Shown one piece after another: positions 19,117 through 27,384 of a stretch of 64,000 nucleotides of DNA; the first letter of the stretch is position 1; each line of letters begins with the position of its first letter. The position numbers were made by a program, and so were the translations under genes. Origin of the DNA: an uncultured virus (IMG/VR IMGVR_UViG_3300045596_000200) (taxonomy: Duplodnaviria > Heunggongvirae > Uroviricota > Caudoviricetes). The notes beneath the pieces are model-generated. The model saw nothing but the letters and a program-made list of their open reading frames with translations, ran no database searches and had not been told where the DNA came from. Where the stretch lies: IMG/VR virus record IMGVR_UViG_3300045596_000200. The stretch is one strand, 5' to 3'.

Positions 19117-20475
19117 CTACTCCTCCTCTCCATCGGTCTCTTCTTTGACATCTTCTGAATCGTCCTCGGCAATGTCGTCCACATGCTCATACTCCGGTAC
19201 AGTTACATTGCGGACATCGATTTTGCCAGTGACAACGTCGGAAATGATTTTGTTTTTGAGTTCAACAAGGACATCTATTTCTTTGTGCAAATCATCCATT
19301 CGTGATTCGCACTTTTTTTGGAGTGTCTTGATTGTCTCGACGATTTCTTCTTGTTCCTGTTCTGATGGAACTATAAACGGAATTTCTTTCATTTTATCCA
19401 TTTGTAAATCCCATTGCCCAACTCGAATTCCATCAGATGCCTGAGCAAAGAAATTGACATATACCTTGCTGCGAATTGCATAATGAAAATATTCAAGGTT
19501 TTTAAAGTCAATATCGAAAATGAAATACGCCGGGCTTACTATGCCCGTATATGGAGAAACACCGTAAGAGCCCTGCCAAGCCTTCATTTTGTTCATTGCA
19601 AATTGATTTTTTCTAACAACCTTATAATTGCTTAAATCATCAGGGATGTAATTATGGTTTGACTCAGTATCATCAACATCTCTAATGATGACGCCTTTCT
19701 CCCGAACGACTGAAAGCAGAGGTAATTCGGGATGATTCTTTTCGCTTACAGAATGTAAAATCTGACGCAGTTTAACAACTTTCCATCTCTTTGGAATGTC
19801 ACCCAGCCAGTTAACCCCGCTGTATTTCATCTCTGCATGACTATCCATCCCTCTTGTCACGAGCTGACTCACGACAGCATTTTTAAAGCTCCTTAGTTCC
19901 TGTATTTCCTTCCGGCGGATTCCGATCAGCTTGTTGATTTCGGAGACCTTCCAGTCAAGGAACCGCACAATCTGATCCTGCTCGACACGGGGAGGAACGG
20001 GAACATACGTCCTTTTCAGACTAATCCAATGAATGTTCCGCTGAATTGATCCAACACTTTTTGAGTTGATTACATACTGATCAACCATCGTGTGTGAACG
20101 CAACATATAGTTCATAAACTCGCTATTATTGCGGTCATCCATTTCAAGGACAATGTATGCTGGACTTACAATCCCTGTGTAGCGAGACACTCCGACAGAG
20201 CCTCTCCATGCTTGCTGATTATTGAGAACAAAGTCACCTGGATCAACACGTTGATATTTCGATAAATCCGTGCTTGTAACATTAGTTCTTTTCTCGGCTT
20301 TTTGAGAAAAAGGAATAACCCCGAGATCCAAATAAACCGATAGCAGTTCTAAGTCTGCGCAATCAGATATTTTCTTTTCCTTCGCTAGACCATACATCGG
20401 AGTTATTGTCCAATGCGAAGGTAATACCTCATTAAAGATTTGAGGGCAACGACTATAGTTTTCGTACTTAATCAT
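19117..20475 (-). CDS. hsdS: Prophage Type I specificity subunit
   Basis: Two related TRDs (both with GIVSPAY); PPRVEQDQIVRFLD; ISDVVTGKIDV. Confidence 0.92.
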   Translation of the reverse strand: MIKYENYSRCPQIFNEVLPSHWTITPMYGLAKEKKISDCADLELLSVYLDLGVIPFSQKAEKRTNVTSTDLSKYQRVDPGDFVLNNQQAWRGSVGVSRYTGIVSPAYIVLEMDDRNNSEFMNYMLRSHTMVDQYVINSKSVGSIQRNIHWISLKRTYVPVPPRVEQDQIVRFLDWKVSEINKLIGIRRKEIQELRSFKNAVVSQLVTRGMDSHAEMKYSGVNWLGDIPKRWKVVKLRQILHSVSEKNHPELPLLSVVREKGVIIRDVDDTESNHNYIPDDLSNYKVVRKNQFAMNKMKAWQGSYGVSPYTGIVSPAYFIFDIDFKNLEYFHYAIRSKVYVNFFAQASDGIRVGQWDLQMDKMKEIPFIVPSEQEQEEIVETIKTLQKKCESRMDDLHKEIDVLVELKNKIISDVVTGKIDVRNVTVPEYEHVDDIAEDDSEDVKEETDGEEE

Positions 20476-22481
20476 TACTCCAGCCCCTCCACGATCTCAT
20501 CCATCACGCCGTCAGACTCCTTCTCAAGTTCGGCAAGCGATGCGAGAATGTCTCTCATGTCACGGAGTTCCACCGGCTTATAGAAGTACTTTGTGAAGCT
20601 GATCTCGTATCCGATCTTTGTCTTGCTCTCGTCGACATAAGCATCGGGTGCGTATGGCTTTACTTCCTTCTCGATGAAGGCATCGATGCCGCCGTCGTAG
20701 TTGAACGGGATGTTCTCCGTGTCGCGCAGATTCGGATCGGATTCTCCTTCGACTTCTTTTGCATCGGGGTCGGTCTCGGTGATGTATGGCCGGATCTTCT
20801 TGAGCTGCGTCTTTTTGAGTTTCGTTGCCTTGGCGAAGGCGTCCCAGTCATCAAGCGGTGTTCCGGCAGGAACATTCGCCACTGCGTCACGCACGGTATC
20901 GAGTTCGGCCTGTTTCTTGAATGCATCATCTGGGATCGGTCTTTCGGGGAATACACGAAGACGCAACGGCCTCTCGACGGTCACGTTCCAGTATCCGAAC
21001 TCGCTGTTGTCAAAGATCATGCTGACGTCGCTTTCCTCCATGTCGAGGAAGATGCGGACTATTTCCTTACGGATCTCCGGCGTGAACTCGCAATTCTTGT
21101 TGCCCATGTTCTTGCGCAGCGGAGACTTCATGTTCGTCGCGTCGATGAGCTGGGTCTTGCCTTTGCGGCGATCCTCTTTCTTGTTGGAAAGAACCCAAAT
21201 GTACGTGCCGATGCCGGTGTTGTAGAACATGTTGTCGGGCAGGGCGATGATTGCCTCTACAAGGTCACGCTCAATCAGGTATCGGCGGGCATTGCTCTCG
21301 CCGCTTCCGGCGTCACCGGTGAACAAGGATGATCCGTTATGTACTTCTATAATCCTGCTGCCGAGTTCCGTGTCGGTTTTCATCTTTGACACGTTGTTCA
21401 GAAGGAAGAGGAGCTGCCCGTCGCTCATGCGCGGGATCATCTTGAGCTCTTCGCCGTCTGCAAGGTATGCGTTGAATCTGGTGTCGAGGATCTCACTCTT
21501 GCCGCCCAGTTTGTCGGCATCCGTTTTCCAGCTTTTCCCGTAGGGCGGATTGGAGAGCATGAAGTCGAACTGGCGCGATGGGTTGCCGTCCAGCGACAGT
21601 GTCGATCCGTAAAAAATGTGCTCGGCTTCCTCGCCATCGCCCTTCAAAAGCATATCTGCCTTGCAGATGGCATACGTCTCCGGGTTGATTTCCTGTCCGA
21701 ACAGATGGATTGAGACATTCTTTCCTCGACGGGCAGCAAGTGTCATGAGCCGTGACTGTGCCACGGTGAGCATTCCGCCTGTGCCGCAAGCTCCGTCATA
21801 GCAGGAGTACGTAGCATCCTTGATCTGATCCTCGACGGGGTAGAACGCCAGGTCCGCCATGAGCTCGACAACATCACGTGGGGTCCAGTGCTCACCGGCC
21901 TCCTCGTTGTTCTCTTCGTTGAATCTGCGGATGAGTTCCTCGAAGATCGTTCCCATTCCGTGGTTGTCGAGTCCCGGCAGCTTGATGATTTTCTTCTCTG
22001 CGTCTTTGTAGACAGGGTTGGGACTGAGGTTGATGTCCGCAGAGGTGAACTTGTCGATGACCGACCCGAGGATGTCTGCGTCCACCATTGTCCTGATCTG
22101 GTCGCGGAACTTGAACTTGTCGAGGATCTCCTGGACGTTCGGCGAGAATCCGTCGAGGTACGCCTTGAAGTCGGCTTCCAGTGTCTGCTTCTTTCCACGG
22201 CTGGTGAGATCCTTCAGCAGAAACGGGGACGCGTTGCAGAATGCCTGTCCCGCTACGTTGCAGAGGGCTGGCCACTGGTTGTCGATCTTCGCTGCATCCA
22301 GTTGTTTCTTCATTTCCAGCACGGCCGGTTTTGTCTCCTCGAGCATTACGTCGAGCCGGCGAATGACTGTCATCGGAAGGATGACGTCACGATATTTTCC
22401 TCTTACATAAACATCCCGAAGGCAATCGTCAGCGATTCCCCAAATGAAGCTGACTATCGAATTGTATTCCTGATTGTCCAT
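20475..22481 (-). CDS. hsdM: Prophage Type I methyltransferase subunit
   Basis: FIWGIADD, GEHWTPRDVV, YDGACGTGGML, NPPY. Confidence 0.94.
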   Translation of the reverse strand: MDNQEYNSIVSFIWGIADDCLRDVYVRGKYRDVILPMTVIRRLDVMLEETKPAVLEMKKQLDAAKIDNQWPALCNVAGQAFCNASPFLLKDLTSRGKKQTLEADFKAYLDGFSPNVQEILDKFKFRDQIRTMVDADILGSVIDKFTSADINLSPNPVYKDAEKKIIKLPGLDNHGMGTIFEELIRRFNEENNEEAGEHWTPRDVVELMADLAFYPVEDQIKDATYSCYDGACGTGGMLTVAQSRLMTLAARRGKNVSIHLFGQEINPETYAICKADMLLKGDGEEAEHIFYGSTLSLDGNPSRQFDFMLSNPPYGKSWKTDADKLGGKSEILDTRFNAYLADGEELKMIPRMSDGQLLFLLNNVSKMKTDTELGSRIIEVHNGSSLFTGDAGSGESNARRYLIERDLVEAIIALPDNMFYNTGIGTYIWVLSNKKEDRRKGKTQLIDATNMKSPLRKNMGNKNCEFTPEIRKEIVRIFLDMEESDVSMIFDNSEFGYWNVTVERPLRLRVFPERPIPDDAFKKQAELDTVRDAVANVPAGTPLDDWDAFAKATKLKKTQLKKIRPYITETDPDAKEVEGESDPNLRDTENIPFNYDGGIDAFIEKEVKPYAPDAYVDESKTKIGYEISFTKYFYKPVELRDMRDILASLAELEKESDGVMDEIVEGLE

Positions 22482-22572
22482 TGCTTTTTCCTCCGCGCCG
22501 TCGATTATCAGCGGCGGCATTCCTTTTCTATCTATCGTGTATTACCGACTGGATTACCAACACTGTGGCCAA

Positions 22573-22779
22573 TCAGCTGTCCTTCTCCTCATTGCTTTCT
22601 GCCGCGCCGCCGGAACGAATCCAGTCATCGACTTCGCTGAGCTTGAATTTCCATAATCGCCCGACCTTATACGCGGGCATGTTCCGTTTGCTGATCCACT
22701 GCATGATGCTCTCGCGTCCCACGCCGAGGTATTCCTGCACGTCCTTCATCGTCGACCATTTCTCTACGTTCTTATCCAC
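22573..22779 (-). CDS. Small excisionase-like HTH DNA-binding protein
   Basis: VQEYLGVGRESIMQWI...PAYKVGRLWKFKLSEVDDWI; GTG start after GGAGG. Confidence 0.8.
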   Translation of the reverse strand: MDKNVEKWSTMKDVQEYLGVGRESIMQWISKRNMPAYKVGRLWKFKLSEVDDWIRSGGAAESNEEKDS

Positions 22780-23620
22780 GTTCGTCTCCTCCTGCCATCG
22801 CGTTGAACGCCACATGGATTCTTATGTTGAAATCCCACCTTTTGTTCGGGAAGCAGTTCTCGCCATTGGCGTCCTGCATCTCCCACTTGCATTCAAAGTC
22901 ACCTTCGAAGCCGCGGGCATCTATGTCCGTGGCTATTTTTGTAAATCCTCCCGGACCTGTATCTGGGACCGAAATCTTCGCCTCAATGGGCCGCGGGTGT
23001 ATGTCCTGCTGGTTCACCAGCACCAGCTTGCGGTTATGCCATGGAACCCTGCCGCTGTTCTGCAGCTTCCACTCGTGGTGAACGATCTCATAGCAGTCCG
23101 CCATATGCTGCTTGCTTCCGAATTCGACATAGACGTCATCACCTGCGTATCTTGGGCCGCTGATGTCATCAGCGGAAATCGGCTGCCCCTCGAGAAGTGT
23201 CTGATATATCTCCCAGACGGCATTGTCCACGTCATCATTCTGTGATGTCACAAACAGGCTGAACTGTACGGCAAGCGCTCTGCAGAACTTGTCCTTATCC
23301 TGCTCGACTCCGGAGGGAATCCCGAAATCGGCCATGCATGCCGCGAGCATGCTGTCCTCGAGTCTCCCGCTGATGAACGCGGCGAGCCCACCAGCATCAA
23401 TCGGATTCGGAAAGCTGTTCTTTATCTCATTGGTCAACGGCCGATCCTTGACATACCGCCTTTCGGCCTCCAGTGCCTTATTCGTCCGCTCAACATACGA
23501 AGCGGGCATCTCGAAATGGTGGCTCCCTGCAGCGTTGAAGAACAGTATGGCGTAGGTTCCCTGGTTCCTCTGATTAGGCAGATACCCGTACAGCTTGTTG
23601 AGAAACTCGTTGCTTCTGAT
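22772..23620 (-). CDS. Protein with a C-terminal NBR1-like Ig (FW) domain; start uncertain (ATC at 23620 or GTG at 23629)
   Basis: HEWKLQNSGRVPW...VPDTGPG...CKWEMQD; GGAGGTGA RBS. Confidence 0.65.
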   Translation of the reverse strand: MRSNEFLNKLYGYLPNQRNQGTYAILFFNAAGSHHFEMPASYVERTNKALEAERRYVKDRPLTNEIKNSFPNPIDAGGLAAFISGRLEDSMLAACMADFGIPSGVEQDKDKFCRALAVQFSLFVTSQNDDVDNAVWEIYQTLLEGQPISADDISGPRYAGDDVYVEFGSKQHMADCYEIVHHEWKLQNSGRVPWHNRKLVLVNQQDIHPRPIEAKISVPDTGPGGFTKIATDIDARGFEGDFECKWEMQDANGENCFPNKRWDFNIRIHVAFNAMAGGDERG

Positions 23621-23635
23621 GGTGCTCACCTCCCC

Positions 23636-23708
23636 GGTACCTGGCTGGTACCTGATTTTGTACCTGCGGTACCTGATTTGCGTCTTTTCTCCTGTTTCCC
23701 GGTACCTG
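23636..23708. repeat. Five GTACCTG direct repeats (operator-like)
   Basis: Copies start at 23637, 23648, 23660, 23669 and 23702, in the divergent control region. Confidence 0.7.
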
Positions 23709-23881
23709 ATGCCTCCCCGACAATGTGAGCAGTTGATCGGAAGGGCCCCGAAGACAACGAAAAACAGACTCCTGACCACATTATACGGGTTTTGCGTGAG
23801 TAAATCAACGATATGCGCGTCACTGAGACGTCAATAGGAACTAATCGACAAAAACAGGCAAAGAACGACGGAGGTGAGGAA

Positions 23882-24073
23882 ATGACCCGCGACGACAAGG
23901 AAATGTGGCACATCAACATCGAGAGCAGCGCGGACGAGGTCTGCTCCATCTATGGGGCGGCCGTGGCCAAGGCGGTGTTCGCAAGGTATGACGCCACCTG
24001 CTTCGATGACCTCAGCCCTGCATGTTACGAGGAGGTCTTCAGTGACCTCGAGCTGATGATCAACGACGACTGA
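23882..24073 (+). CDS. Small acidic hypothetical protein
   Basis: GGAGGTGAGG RBS; 63 aa. Confidence 0.65.
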   Translation: MTRDDKEMWHINIESSADEVCSIYGAAVAKAVFARYDATCFDDLSPACYEEVFSDLELMINDD

Positions 24074-24187
24074 TTCTCTGCGACCCGGGCATGTCAATAA
24101 ACCGCCCGCCGTCATGGCCGTTCACCCCGGTGCACAGAGGTGGCTCGAACCGCCCTGGCGGCAATAACTGAACAACAACCAGCTTAC

Positions 24188-24249
24188 GAGCGTGGCTGGC
24201 CTTTCAGAACAGATTTCCCGTTCTGGATGGCTGGCCACGCTCCTTTTTT
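24188..24249 (+). terminator. Long hairpin plus T-run (terminator/attenuator) before the sigma-like gene
   Basis: GAGCGTGGCTGGCC...GGCTGGCCACGCTC followed by CTTTTTT. Confidence 0.65.
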
Positions 24250-24293
24250 ACGCGGTGCCTCCGGTTCGGGAGAAGCGAACGGAGGTATCGCAC

Positions 24294-24794
24294 ATGAAAA
24301 ACAACGGCAATCAGAGTCAACGGATCTATGACAAGACCACCCGCACCTGGTATGAGGTGCCGGAGGACCAGTACCGGGAATTCGACAGGTGGCGCACGAA
24401 TCTGCGCAAGCGCGAGCAGTACTCGGGGCGTTGCTTCTGCCCGCGCGGCAAGTGGTGGCTGTGCGACGGCAACTGCGTTGACTGCGAGTTCCACACGCGC
24501 AACGAGGTCTCCCTCGATGACCCGTTGCCCGACGGCGAGGGGACGCGCGGCGATTATGTGCCGGACGAAAACCCGACTCCCGAAGAGATCATATCCGACC
24601 GGGACCTTCTGGAACGGCTCACTGCTCGTCTGCATGAGCTTGATCCTGACGCGGACAAGATCCTCGAGCTTTGGAGCGAGAACCCGAATCTTTCCGACCG
24701 GAAGATCGCCGAAGCCATCGGTCGGCCGCAGAAGACCTTCTCGGATCGCATGAAGAGGCTCCGCGACGAGTTCCGGCCTTACCGCAACTCCTGA
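24294..24794 (+). CDS. Phage sigma-factor-like regulator (Cys cluster plus region-4 HTH)
   Basis: CFCP..CDGNCVDC, SLDDPL, LSDRKIAEAIGRPQKTFSDRMKR. Confidence 0.65.
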   Translation: MKNNGNQSQRIYDKTTRTWYEVPEDQYREFDRWRTNLRKREQYSGRCFCPRGKWWLCDGNCVDCEFHTRNEVSLDDPLPDGEGTRGDYVPDENPTPEEIISDRDLLERLTARLHELDPDADKILELWSENPNLSDRKIAEAIGRPQKTFSDRMKRLRDEFRPYRNS

Positions 24795-24854
24795 TCCCAT
24801 TATCCATCTGCCGCTGTCCCGATTTCAGGACAGTGGCAGTTTTTTCCTTTCCTC

Positions 24855-24883
24855 CGCTCAAACCGCGGGCCCTTCTCCAGTGG
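24855..24883 (+). promoter_or_regulatory. Repeated promoter-like motif, class 1, copy 1
   Basis: CGCTCAAA-N14-CCAGTGG; four copies in identical register. Confidence 0.65.
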
Positions 24884-24927
24884 AAGGTGAAGGGCAAGAC
24901 AAGAGCCCGGAAAGCGAGGTGAACAAC

Positions 24928-25149
24928 ATGTACCGCAGCTACACGGACAGCGGGGGCGCACCGGCGGACACGGCGAACGAGGAGATCCGACTCCTGCACG
25001 CCATCAGCCGCGTCTCCGCAAGACTGGCAAGGAACCTGGCGATCCTTGCCGCCAACAGCAAATCCGAGGAAGGAGGAAAAACAAATGCCAACAGCGTCCG
25101 AGATGGATCAGACCATCAAAGAGCTCAGGGAGGCGGCCGCTGCCATTAA
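24928..25149 (+). CDS. Hypothetical phage protein
   Basis: GAGGTG RBS; first gene after class 1 motif. Confidence 0.5.
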   Translation: MYRSYTDSGGAPADTANEEIRLLHAISRVSARLARNLAILAANSKSEEGGKTNANSVRDGSDHQRAQGGGRCH

Positions 25150-25408
25150 TGCGGCAGCCGACCGGCTCGCCCGGCAGTCCGCCGGAGACGATAAGCGGCA
25201 GAACGCAGAGACCGCTGCCGACCAGCAGGAGAAACCGAAGCTGTCGCTGGCCGATGTCCGCGCCGTGCTTGCAGACAAGTCCCGCGCCGGATACACGGAT
25301 CAGGTGCGCGAGCTGCTCCACAAGTACGGGGCGAGCAAACTGTCGGCCGTCGACCCGAAGGACTACGAGGCCCTGCTGTATGACGCGGAGGGACTCAATG
25401 AATTCTGA
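25085..25408 (+). CDS. Conserved phage protein preceding DUF2800
   Basis: LADVRAVLADKSRAG...YGASKLSAVDPKDY; GGAGG RBS. Confidence 0.7.
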   Translation: MPTASEMDQTIKELREAAAAINAAADRLARQSAGDDKRQNAETAADQQEKPKLSLADVRAVLADKSRAGYTDQVRELLHKYGASKLSAVDPKDYEALLYDAEGLNEF

Positions 25409-26540
25409 AAGACAGCATGCGGTCCTTTCAGCGTCCGGCTCAGACCGGTGGATCCACTGCCCGCCGTCCGTCAGGCTCGGCGAGGGCTTCGCGGACAAGG
25501 GAAGCGACTACGCCCTCGAGGGCACCTGCGCACACGCACTCGCAGAGTACAAGCTCCGCAAGGCGCTCGGCCAGCCGACCGACGACCCGCCCGAGAGCCT
25601 CGACTTCTATGACGAGGAGATGGACGAGGCGACCGACGGATACACGAGCTACGTGCTCGAGCAGGTGCAGGCCGCGAAGGAAGCCTGCGCGGACCCGGCC
25701 GTCATGGTCGAGCAGCGCGTGGATTTCTCCCGCTGGGTGAAACAGGGCTTCGGCACCGCCGACGCACTCGTCATCGCGGACGGAACGCTACACATCATCG
25801 ATCTCAAGTACGGGACCGGCATCGAGGTGTCGGCCGAGGACAACCCGCAGCTCAAATGCTACGCGCTCGGTGCCTTGGAGCTTTTCGACGACATCTACGA
25901 CATCGGGGACGTCGCCCTGCACATCTACCAGCCGAGACGTTCAAACGTCAGCGAGTGGCGGATCCCGAAGACGGGTCTTCTCGCCTGGGCCACGGATGTC
26001 CTGAAGCCCGCCGCGGATCTCGCATGGGTCGGCAAGGGGGAATTCTCCTGCGGCGACTGGTGCCGGTTCTGCAAGGCGAAGAGCATCTGCCGCGCCCGGG
26101 CGGAGGAGAACCTGAAGCTCGCGCAGCATGACTTCAGGCTTCCGCCGGAGCTGTCCGACGCGGAGATCGAGGTCATCCTCTCCAAGGTGGACGGTCTGGT
26201 CTCCTGGGCGTCCGACGTCAAGGAGTACGCGCTCCGGCAGGCGCTCTCCGGGAAGGAATGGCATGGCTTCAAACTGGTCGAGGGACGATCCGTCCGCAGG
26301 TACACCGACGAGACGTCCGTCGCCAAGGCGGTCACCGACGCCGGGTACGACCCGTACGAGAGGAAGCTCCTCGGCATCACCGCCATGCAGAAACTCCTCG
26401 GCAAATCCCGTTTCGACGGACTCCTGTCGGCATACATCGAGAGGCCGCAGGGCAAACCCACCCTCGTGCCGGACAGCGACAAGCGCCCGGCCATGAACAC
26501 AGCAAAAAACGATTTCAAGGAGGAAAAACACCATGAGTAA
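25398..26540 (+). CDS. DUF2800 Cas4-like PD-(D/E)xK exonuclease
   Basis: HAVLSASGSDRWIHCPPS, GFGTADA, IIDLKYG, CRFCK. Confidence 0.85.
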   Translation: MNSERQHAVLSASGSDRWIHCPPSVRLGEGFADKGSDYALEGTCAHALAEYKLRKALGQPTDDPPESLDFYDEEMDEATDGYTSYVLEQVQAAKEACADPAVMVEQRVDFSRWVKQGFGTADALVIADGTLHIIDLKYGTGIEVSAEDNPQLKCYALGALELFDDIYDIGDVALHIYQPRRSNVSEWRIPKTGLLAWATDVLKPAADLAWVGKGEFSCGDWCRFCKAKSICRARAEENLKLAQHDFRLPPELSDAEIEVILSKVDGLVSWASDVKEYALRQALSGKEWHGFKLVEGRSVRRYTDETSVAKAVTDAGYDPYERKLLGITAMQKLLGKSRFDGLLSAYIERPQGKPTLVPDSDKRPAMNTAKNDFKEEKHHE

Positions 26541-27099
26541 ACGAATCGCCAACCCCATGAAGGTCATCACTGGACCGAACACCCGCTGGAGCTATGCAAA
26601 CGTGTGGGAGCCGAAGTCGATCAACGGCGGAACCCCGAAGTACAGCGTCAGCCTGATCATCCCGAAGTCCGACACCGCGACGCTCACCAAGATCAAGGCG
26701 GCCATCGAGGCGGCCTACAAGGAGGGCGAGGCCAAGCTGCGCGGGAACGGAAAGAGCGTGCCCGCCCTGTCGGCGATCAAGACGCCCCTGCGCGACGGCG
26801 ATGTGGAGCGTCCGGACGACGATGCCTACAGGAACGCTTACTTCGTCAATGCGAACGCCACCACCGCTCCGGGCATCGTGGATGCTGACCTGAATCCGAT
26901 CCTCACCCGCTCGGAGGTGTACAGCGGCGTTTACGGACGCGCCAGCATCACCTTCTACGCGTTCAACAGCTCCGGCAACAGGGGCATCGCCTGCGGGCTC
27001 AACAACCTGCAGAAGATCCGTGACGGCGAGCCGCTCGGAGGAAAGGCAAGCGCCGAGTCCGACTTCGCGACCGACGATGACGAGGATTTCCTGGACTAA
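26533..27099 (+). CDS. DUF2815 single-stranded DNA-binding protein
   Basis: SYANVWEPK, LRDGD, YSGVYGR, GLNNLQK, acidic tail. Confidence 0.88.
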   Translation: MSKRIANPMKVITGPNTRWSYANVWEPKSINGGTPKYSVSLIIPKSDTATLTKIKAAIEAAYKEGEAKLRGNGKSVPALSAIKTPLRDGDVERPDDDAYRNAYFVNANATTAPGIVDADLNPILTRSEVYSGVYGRASITFYAFNSSGNRGIACGLNNLQKIRDGEPLGGKASAESDFATDDDEDFLD

Positions 27100-27109
27100 G
27101 GAGGCCGCC

Positions 27110-27328
27110 ATGGCCTGGACATATGTTCTCTGCGCCCTGACCCTGTCTCTGTATATCCTTCTCGCCGCTTTCTGGATCGTCCGCTCGGTCATCGACACGG
27201 TCGATGACCGCAGACGCGACATGGAGAATGCGAAGTGGGAAGCCGAGAAGAAAAAGCTCGAGCTTGAGAAGGCACGGCGTGACAAGGAATACCACGATGC
27301 GCGGATGAAGGGACTCAACCTGGAATAA
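27110..27328 (+). CDS. Small membrane-anchored coiled-coil protein
   Basis: AAGGAGG RBS; hydrophobic N-terminus. Confidence 0.6.
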   Translation: MAWTYVLCALTLSLYILLAAFWIVRSVIDTVDDRRRDMENAKWEAEKKKLELEKARRDKEYHDARMKGLNLE

Positions 27329-27384
27329 GCACACGGCAGGCGGTGGGGAGCGATCCCCGCCGCCTGTCTGGTTGGAGGCAAATA

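Noticed and set aside
21770..21815. Phage's own hsdM motif I as a second attB
   Set aside because: TCC TGC TAT GAC GGA GCT TGC differs substantially from CGC GTC TAC GAC CCG TGC TGC; no sign of rearrangement
23636..23708. GTACCTG repeats as a mini-CRISPR
   Set aside because: Units are 7-8 bp with irregular short gaps
25398..26540. CRISPR-Cas system suggested by the Cas4-like gene
   Set aside because: No repeat-spacer array or other cas genes seen; it sits in a standard phage replication module
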